Shown here piece by piece: positions 45,201-51,109 of a stretch of 51,109 nt of DNA (its first letter is position 1; every line of letters starts with the position of its first letter). Source of the DNA: a virus. Lineage: Duplodnaviria; Caudoviricetes. A program made the translations under genes and the position numbers. Location of the stretch: IMG/VR virus record IMGVR_UViG_3300049855_000194, positions 1 through 51,109 of that record; one strand, 5' to 3'. The notes beneath the pieces are model-generated. The model made no database searches. It saw nothing but the letters and a program-made list of their open reading frames with translations, and was not told the DNA's origin.

Positions 45201-45934
45201 GTTTTGAACGTAACGGAGCGGAGTCCTGGGCTAAGCAAACAGAGGGGCTTGTACAGGAGACAAAAGCTACAGCACGCGCAGCTGAAAAAACAGCTATAGA
45301 AATGGAGAATGCAAAGGATCTAAGCAGAATAAATAACGATATAAGTATAGCGCAGAAACAACTTACCGGCGATATAGCGCTTGCAACTAGGGGAACAGAG
45401 CATGGAGTAGCAGCAGCTAACTCCGCTCTATCTCGTCTGATAACAGAAGTTGCAGGTGTAGCAAGTCCCATAGTATCAGCTATAAGTAATCTAAAGTTGT
45501 CTTCTCCTACAACTCCGAATGAGCCAACCGATAAGGTAGCTCCGGACGAAAAAAGAGGAACAGTAGGTACTCCCACCAGTGGAGCTACAGATCCTTATGG
45601 GCAGGATACGCCATGGAATCATTTCCTAGATACAGGCGAGTTTGATGCTCCTAGCGAAGAACAAGACTATGGGCTATTACGCACAACGAGTCGCGCCAAT
45701 GCTTCGATACAGCACAGCACACAGAATAACAGTAATAGCTCGAATGTAAATAACGTAAATATAAGCGGAGTAGGTAGCGGCACGGCTCGCCTAAACTCAT
45801 TGATCGAGTCCGCTCTCAATACATACCATAAAGAGCAGAACATTGTTGCGGTAAATAACAAGAACGACACCCGTCTAACATCGTCATATCCCGTAACAAC
45901 AGTAAATAAATCTGTTACATCAAGGCGTAAGTAA
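42272..45934 (+). CDS. Tail tape measure protein
   Basis: 1220 aa, helical, TP901-like core (AFATLT..QATTAL.NL..ISNPSKEA). Confidence 0.92.
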   Translation: MPRGAYSDAETKAIIEIALEDRDFRSSVKALADYAGTSTASILTAIKGIEKGHADLAKSLEKQQAAQLDAIDEEAAAMQKAFRELEAIKAGRLRQLAEINAAVKKQSDDEIQRAQANATIKGTLKKKESTEIIRIDNDTWKKITVNAKKEQELQKALAVKAAIDEANAIRKIKADLARAALQDHRQYLKEELEARKAAIAASEKVLKEQEVAISERNRRISSSLRVGAGVAGALGQYQAAGALYGAANATGLLGSVGVSTTALAVGGGAAVIGAGLAAAYYQAEKFNVALHDTATLLTELGPGTQEFADGLALVREAALNVSDNLNIGVIDTLKSFKAALSSGIDYRDLEQFATAIGTFSKATGADLEKTTDLFTSFKDNYGLTVNEMGVLSDRLFNVIDVGKVNVEAMIANLGRVLPTATAAGVGVKDLTGAFATLTRTMKPSQATTALTNLIRGISNPSKEAAKEFDRLGIAYGTAAFKGKNFSDVISEIFRKTGGDLTKLGDIFEDQFSVRGAAALTGNLDLLDKNTAAIDKFGTAVLAAGVKQDTLFGKVSKDANEAYNSILRLVNSEGLGRFYDKMKRGFNTAYSPNSSRDASIKDRLADPNTMYADNEADSQLKAMDLSVQKILSQFSEKYINGTSAEVDKLLTAGNLKAIQDFFKSAEESDKYFASLERQRIEKLLSMAGFTPVAYDSALKPKPNTKADKLRSKEVDLRVTDDQLDQLRELRTDVTTSVEDLDNAVAAYANELGKQFIPLQQELDTTKAKITTLQEEFDKETNPGKRNKIREELVYNELLFEEAKKKYALEKENYEKSKAEFKKSEESKIDIAKKALADYENEILKQKTRKEEAANDKKVKDAEATEKKIYGIIKKADDKLRALQNQKDDLLQKQREANVKRTSKYIDEDYEDAKRGAGEVGDAGNSKINKRKLQAAKEDLKRASSGGDYAEYRRALDRLEEAYGNYKQSAIANGANPNRFERNGAESWAKQTEGLVQETKATARAAEKTAIEMENAKDLSRINNDISIAQKQLTGDIALATRGTEHGVAAANSALSRLITEVAGVASPIVSAISNLKLSSPTTPNEPTDKVAPDEKRGTVGTPTSGATDPYGQDTPWNHFLDTGEFDAPSEEQDYGLLRTTSRANASIQHSTQNNSNSSNVNNVNISGVGSGTARLNSLIESALNTYHKEQNIVAVNNKNDTRLTSSYPVTTVNKSVTSRRK

Positions 45935-45935
45935 C

Positions 45936-46796
45936 ATGCCCGTTATAGAGCACCCCAATACTGTTAGCTTTTGGTACCCTGCAAATGTTGCCCTAGCTAA
46001 TGCAAGTATCTCCGTAACTATTAAAGCCCCCGAGTATGGGGATTCTTATGTTGAGGGACGCAATGTCACTATAAATCAGACTCGCTCTGGTGCTACGATA
46101 GTTTACGATCATGGAACGCCTTTCTCGAAAGGCCTATCCCTACAGTTCAGAAATATACCTGACTCAGAGCGATCTGCCCTTGTAACCTTATTTGAAGCTG
46201 TAGGATGGGGCACGACTCCACTTGGTTATTTAGATTATGCTGGTAACACGAAGACAGTACGCCTAACTTCGAATCGTATAGATGTTAAGTCACAGGGTTG
46301 CTATAATTACTCTGCATCACAGTTGATATATACCTTTGATTTCGATATTGACTTAGTAGATATAACTGGTAACATAATAGAATCCGGGGATTTCACCTTG
46401 CTACCCTCCGCCCTAACTCTACATCTAGCAGACATAGATGCACCGCATGCCCCAGAGTCTACATACACTGTTAATATAGTAGATGGCTTGAAGCTTCTAG
46501 ATACATGTTCTGTCGATACATACCAAGGGTGTATCTGGCTAGGCGTGGCTTCTAAAGGCAATAAGCGGCATATGTTCCAAGTTCAAGCAGATCACGATGG
46601 TACTTTGCTTGCCGATGCGACAGCTGTACAGTATTCAATATCTGTGAATAATGAGCATAATGGATCTATAGCTATCATAACTTTAGACGTGTCTCTAAAC
46701 GGTACGGGTTCAGCGCAAGTCTTAAGGTTCCGGGCCTCCACTACTTTAGACGGATACATAATTAAGTTCCGTCGTATTCGGATTGGTAAAGCGTAA
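45936..46796 (+). CDS. Distal tail protein-like
   Basis: Directly after the tape measure gene. Confidence 0.55.
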   Translation: MPVIEHPNTVSFWYPANVALANASISVTIKAPEYGDSYVEGRNVTINQTRSGATIVYDHGTPFSKGLSLQFRNIPDSERSALVTLFEAVGWGTTPLGYLDYAGNTKTVRLTSNRIDVKSQGCYNYSASQLIYTFDFDIDLVDITGNIIESGDFTLLPSALTLHLADIDAPHAPESTYTVNIVDGLKLLDTCSVDTYQGCIWLGVASKGNKRHMFQVQADHDGTLLADATAVQYSISVNNEHNGSIAIITLDVSLNGTGSAQVLRFRASTTLDGYIIKFRRIRIGKA

Positions 46797-49700
46797 TGCG
46801 CCCTAACCGAGCACTGTATCGTAAAAAAGATCTTACGACTGTACTTATACAGCATGACAGCGAGACAGATCGACCACTGTCTATGCTTACTTCTAGATCA
46901 GGCGGATCTGTAATAGATTCGCTATCTGTAATAGTTAACGGTATAGCCCTCTATTCTGATGGGTATCTAGATAATATAACTCTAACGGAAACTAAGCCAT
47001 CCCAGGGAAGTGGATTGGTGCGTAGAACTTTATCTATTTCTATAGCAGGCGAATCTCTATATACTTCAGCTAAGTGGACTAAGAAGTTTTATACTTGTGG
47101 TGTCACACAAGACTCTTTCTATTTCTCCCTGTGGATAATATCCGCTAGCGATCCTAATAAGGATATAAGTAAAGCTGGTGAATGTCTAGGAAAGTTTGTC
47201 ATAGACACCGGGCTATCGTGGAATGAATCAGACCCATCTGTTAGCATAGCTCTCATAGATATTCCATTTTCCTGGGAAGAGAAGTTAAATCACTATCCAC
47301 AGGAAGCTATAGATAAGATAACTGGAACAGAATGGGAGGGCTTACTTAATAGCTCTATGTACTACGGCACCTTCACAAAGGTGCAAATGATAAAGCCAGC
47401 TTCTGCAGTCTCTACAATAGCAGGGCTTGAAGACTCTACAGCTACCTTAAACTCTGGGAATGTTACATACTTCGATGACTCACCGTTAGAGGTGGGCCTA
47501 GGTAAGAGTTCATTCTTACAAGTAAATCTAGGCAACAATGTAAATGTTGTATTTGAGTCAGGGGAAATAATAAATGGCACGATCACTGCTGCTGGAGATA
47601 GCTTTAAGCTCACATCACTAACAAGAGATACTCACTGGACTACAGTAGACTTAGAAGCCTACGTAGCTAATTCCCCTATAGATGCTGCCCTAGAGATAGG
47701 GCAATGTAAGGTAAGCTCACTAGTAGATATACTTGCGCAGGGTATGTATGCAAAATGCCCGAAAGTAAATTTCTATAATACTGCCGCTCCAGGGAATATA
47801 GTTGTAACAGATAAAGTCATCCGCTTAGGTAGAATCGTAGACAGAGCTAATGGGATAATGACATATGAAGACATTATCGATCCCTCCAGTACTGTACGAT
47901 CAGCTATAGGTATATCTTACACTGCCGGAACAACTAATTCTGCCTTCCCAGATGAACCGCAATTTAATCATGCAGTTAAGGATCTTACAGCAGGAGATAA
48001 CTCCCTTCTGTATTTTAGAAACCCAACTACATCCGCTAGGAACCCTAAGCCAGGGGATACATGGACTATCTTCAAGGCAGGCACATTAAATACCGGAGCT
48101 ACTGAATCCGCTCAAGCAACTGCCGCGATGGTGCGTGCATATAAATCGACTATAACTAAAGTCTATACAAAGGTAGGCGAAAACTACGTTCTTATAAGCC
48201 CTCAGTACTATACGATAAACAACAACTATACGTATGAAGGTATAAACAATCTTCTCAGAGTAAACCTCACCATACCTATAGAAGAAGTCGATCCATTAAT
48301 AGAGGTGCCAGGAACAGGGACTCCTACAAGCACAACTGTAGGAGGAAGCTCTATATACGGTCCTTCCAATACACTAGGTGGAGTACCTTCCCTAGACGGG
48401 GAGATATTTGTAGATATAACGTACACCATGAAACTGGATACGTTCATACACGAACTGGTAAGAGGACTATATCCTCAAGCTCTAAAATTTCTAGGCTACA
48501 CTATAAAGGAGCCTATCGCAGATTGTGCAGGCATTATAACTAACGCGGTTATAAGCGCCGATGAATCCTTACTTAGTGTTCTAGACTCTGTACTATATGA
48601 AAATGGCTGTACACTTCGCTGGAGATCCTGGGAGCTAGATAACGAGTATCGTCTTGAGATAGATGATAACGTAAATGGCGGGTTGAAGTATGCTGTGTGG
48701 CCAGATCCAGCGGATGAGGATTATGCATTCTGCAAGCCTCTAGCAGGTAAGAGTATCGATAATAGCGAGATAGTATCTAACTCGTTTGGCTTATCTGTAG
48801 GTAAGCTAGATAGTAATGTAAACTTAGCGAACTCTACAGAATGGATTTCTGTATTTCCAAAGGTATCTATATCCCAGAATAAAGGGTCAGGAGCTACACA
48901 AACAATAAAGACATCCCGCACTAGAGGTAAAAAGGATAGATACCATGAGTATGATCTCAAGCATGCTGCCGATGTTAGCGGAGCTGTTAAGTTCGTCGGG
49001 GACGCACTAAAAGGTGGGCATCCATCTGCATTGTGCCAGTCAACAAGAACAGTAAAGTTATCTCTACCATTATATAGGATTGATCTAGAGGCGGCAGATG
49101 TTATAGATTTGCGTAATGTTGACATAATAACAGATAGCATATCCGCACCTATATTCATACAGGATAATGGGGATGTATTCTACCGGTACAATAACACTAA
49201 CAAATACATCCTTGTACCTAATCTTTTTCAGCTAGAACAGATTACAGTAAACCTAACACTAGGTACATATGTTCTGGAGTGTGACTTAAAGCAAATACAA
49301 TTAGCGTGGTATTCTAACACGGTAGTCTCGGACGCCTATAATAACGTCATACCTGACGTAGAAGATATACAAGATCCGATAGATCCCGGGAATCCCCCAG
49401 CAGAAGACAATCCTGTAATACCCCCAGCAGTTACAGAATGCGTATCGCCAAGCGGAGATAATCCCGATGCGCCGCTACCAAATACAGGTAACTTAAATAA
49501 CAGGGATAGGTGTGCTACCACAGCAGAGAACTGCGACTCCCCAACTAATCCTAGTACAACTCCATCATCAGCTGGACTGGGCGGACCTTGTCCAGAAGGC
49601 GGTCCATTTTCCCCCTCTATATGGTATCTATTTGATAAGAGAGAGTACTTAATAGACCAGCCGGGGGGAGTAGATATATCTACCTCTGTAACTATAACTG

Positions 49701-50071
49701 CTTCGTGGGGTTCAGGAAGTGTTACTTTACTACCAGGAGGAGGAGACTCATTTCCTTTCTTCGAGTCGCTAGCTGCTGTAGATAGAACCAGCGGGGCGGT
49801 ATGTAGGAACGATGGGCCGGGATGTAGTAATCTCACAATGACTGGCATATCTGCTGGTGTCCCATATAGCGGTACGGTCGGGGAAGGCATAGTTACAATA
49901 TGCTGCTTAACCGCGGACAACTGGCAGATCCCTATAGCAATGTCATCCACAGTTACTGGAGTATGGGTGGCAAATACAGCTACGGGTAAGGTAAATAGCT
50001 CGATACACCCAGCAGTAGCAAGCGCAAGTGTTAAACCTCTTTTAAAACCTCAGATAACTTTAAGCACATGA
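46796..50071 (+). CDS. Tail tip / central fibre protein with Pro/Cys-rich C-terminus
   Basis: 1091 aa; synteny. Confidence 0.6.
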   Translation: MRPNRALYRKKDLTTVLIQHDSETDRPLSMLTSRSGGSVIDSLSVIVNGIALYSDGYLDNITLTETKPSQGSGLVRRTLSISIAGESLYTSAKWTKKFYTCGVTQDSFYFSLWIISASDPNKDISKAGECLGKFVIDTGLSWNESDPSVSIALIDIPFSWEEKLNHYPQEAIDKITGTEWEGLLNSSMYYGTFTKVQMIKPASAVSTIAGLEDSTATLNSGNVTYFDDSPLEVGLGKSSFLQVNLGNNVNVVFESGEIINGTITAAGDSFKLTSLTRDTHWTTVDLEAYVANSPIDAALEIGQCKVSSLVDILAQGMYAKCPKVNFYNTAAPGNIVVTDKVIRLGRIVDRANGIMTYEDIIDPSSTVRSAIGISYTAGTTNSAFPDEPQFNHAVKDLTAGDNSLLYFRNPTTSARNPKPGDTWTIFKAGTLNTGATESAQATAAMVRAYKSTITKVYTKVGENYVLISPQYYTINNNYTYEGINNLLRVNLTIPIEEVDPLIEVPGTGTPTSTTVGGSSIYGPSNTLGGVPSLDGEIFVDITYTMKLDTFIHELVRGLYPQALKFLGYTIKEPIADCAGIITNAVISADESLLSVLDSVLYENGCTLRWRSWELDNEYRLEIDDNVNGGLKYAVWPDPADEDYAFCKPLAGKSIDNSEIVSNSFGLSVGKLDSNVNLANSTEWISVFPKVSISQNKGSGATQTIKTSRTRGKKDRYHEYDLKHAADVSGAVKFVGDALKGGHPSALCQSTRTVKLSLPLYRIDLEAADVIDLRNVDIITDSISAPIFIQDNGDVFYRYNNTNKYILVPNLFQLEQITVNLTLGTYVLECDLKQIQLAWYSNTVVSDAYNNVIPDVEDIQDPIDPGNPPAEDNPVIPPAVTECVSPSGDNPDAPLPNTGNLNNRDRCATTAENCDSPTNPSTTPSSAGLGGPCPEGGPFSPSIWYLFDKREYLIDQPGGVDISTSVTITASWGSGSVTLLPGGGDSFPFFESLAAVDRTSGAVCRNDGPGCSNLTMTGISAGVPYSGTVGEGIVTICCLTADNWQIPIAMSSTVTGVWVANTATGKVNSSIHPAVASASVKPLLKPQITLST

Positions 50072-50433
50072 TACTTACATTAGACGACATAACTATCAAA
50101 GAAGTAAAAGACCTGCCCTTGCAGGATCTAGCAGCTAGGTTTCGTTTCCCATATGATAGGACTACAAGAGTTACTTTCATAGGGGAAGAGTTTAGCTTAG
50201 TGGTTTCTTATACGCATAACAAACTATTAGAGGGTATAAGCACTATAGGAGTATATAGTACAAATACTATAGGAGCGGGGGAGAGTGAGGCAGCTAACAG
50301 AGAGGCAGTCTGCCGCAGCTGCCCAGCAAAGGTATTTGATAGTACCACAGTAGCTTGTCGGAAATGCGGTTGCTACTTGACAAATAAATGGAAGATAAAA
50401 GATTCCACTTGCCCATTAAATTTTTGGAAGTAA
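50068..50433 (+). CDS. Protein with C-terminal DUF6171-like Cys motif
   Basis: REAVCRSCP...CRKCGC...K...STCPLNFW. Confidence 0.65.
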   Translation: MILTLDDITIKEVKDLPLQDLAARFRFPYDRTTRVTFIGEEFSLVVSYTHNKLLEGISTIGVYSTNTIGAGESEAANREAVCRSCPAKVFDSTTVACRKCGCYLTNKWKIKDSTCPLNFWK

Positions 50434-50471
50434 AATACAACCATCACCTTCTTTCCTAAAGGGAAATACAC

Positions 50472-50852
50472 ATGATTGCAGTAATCAATGGCGCAATTGG
50501 CAGTACCATCGAAATCTTTAAGGGCACTGATGGCATTCTACAATTTGCTCTTCAAAGCAATGGCTCACAGGGGCCAGTTGGTCAGGTATCTCGTAAGGGC
50601 ACTCCGCTAGATGTGACTGGCGACACAATCACTTTCGATCTTTTCGACGACATTCGTCGTAAGAATGTTGCTAGTGTTTCGCTAACTGGTACGATTGTAA
50701 CTGCGCTAGCTGGGCTGGGAACGTTCGCACATAGCGCTGCACAAACAGCCGCTCTAACCGGTTCCACATACTACGCTTTTGTAAAGCGTACTGAAAATAC
50801 CGGTACGACCACTGAGTACAGTGACGTATATACGACAGTTTTGCTCAAGTAA
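50472..50852 (+). CDS. BppU-like baseplate/fibre adaptor protein
   Basis: IFKGTD...PLDVTGDTITF...GSTYYAFV pattern. Confidence 0.45.
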   Translation: MIAVINGAIGSTIEIFKGTDGILQFALQSNGSQGPVGQVSRKGTPLDVTGDTITFDLFDDIRRKNVASVSLTGTIVTALAGLGTFAHSAAQTAALTGSTYYAFVKRTENTGTTTEYSDVYTTVLLK

Positions 50853-50880
50853 TTCAGCATTACATTAACCTAAGCAAAGG

Positions 50881-50912
50881 AATAAAGGAGGGTAACTCCC
50901 TCCTTTATTTTT
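50881..50912 (+). terminator. Rho-independent terminator, possibly bidirectional
   Basis: aataaaggaggg / ccctcctttatt followed by a T-run. Confidence 0.75.
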
Positions 50913-50919
50913 ATACTAT

Positions 50920-51109
50920 ATGCCTCTTACAACTGCATGGCGTGAAAAAGCAATAAAATTCTTTATTAAGGGAGTGAATCCTCTTACCGGGGTTACTACA
51001 CTCTACATAACAAAGCATACTGAGTTGCTCACTCCTACAGCTACTCAATCTACGAATGAGGCTACTTATCCAGGGTATACCCGACTAGCTATTGGTAGAG
51101 ATGCAGTTG
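50920..51109 (+). CDS. N-terminal part of the gene that continues at positions 1-348
   Basis: ATG 50920 is in frame with the ORF at 43-348. Confidence 0.7.
   Translation, partial: MPLTTAWREKAIKFFIKGVNPLTGVTTLYITKHTELLTPTATQSTNEATYPGYTRLAIGRDAV
50983..51109. repeat. Terminal direct repeat, right copy
   Basis: Identical to 1-127. Confidence 0.9.

Noticed and set aside
50983-51109. 127-bp terminal repeat as a biological direct terminal repeat
   Set aside because: It cuts through a CDS and equals a standard assembler k-mer, so it is best read as circular overlap
1-51109. Integrase, repressor, reverse transcriptase/DGR or phage RNA polymerase
   Set aside because: No matching motifs in any ORF and no template/variable repeat pair noticed

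Overview
This is an apparently complete, circularly assembled genome of a tailed dsDNA phage with siphovirus-like organisation. Bases 1-127 repeat exactly at 50983-51109, so the unique length is about 50,982 bp. The minus-strand arm (about 2.7-23.5 kb) carries replication and early genes: a family A DNA polymerase split into separate exonuclease and polymerase genes, a DnaG-type primase fused to an MCM-like helicase, dNMP kinase, dCMP deaminase, a lytic transglycosylase, an SNF2 helicase, a PD-(D/E)xK nuclease, four tRNAs and many small unknown ORFs. The plus-strand arm (about 24.4 kb through the origin to 2.7 kb) holds an accessory virion module, then terminase, portal, capsid, tail and tail-tip genes, interrupted by two reverse-oriented HNH-derived ORFs. 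I saw no integrase or repressor, so it is probably lytic. The most notable unexplained signals are: (1) a tRNA island interleaved with structured non-coding RNA, including three H-type pseudoknots with covarying stems; (2) a genome-wide (TG)TGGACGC motif clustered at the arm divergence; (3) a uniform family of 16-bp-spacer promoters, several apparently leaderless; (4) tRNAs that match the A-ending codons the phage favours. All calls come from reading the sequence by eye; no searches or folding programs were run.
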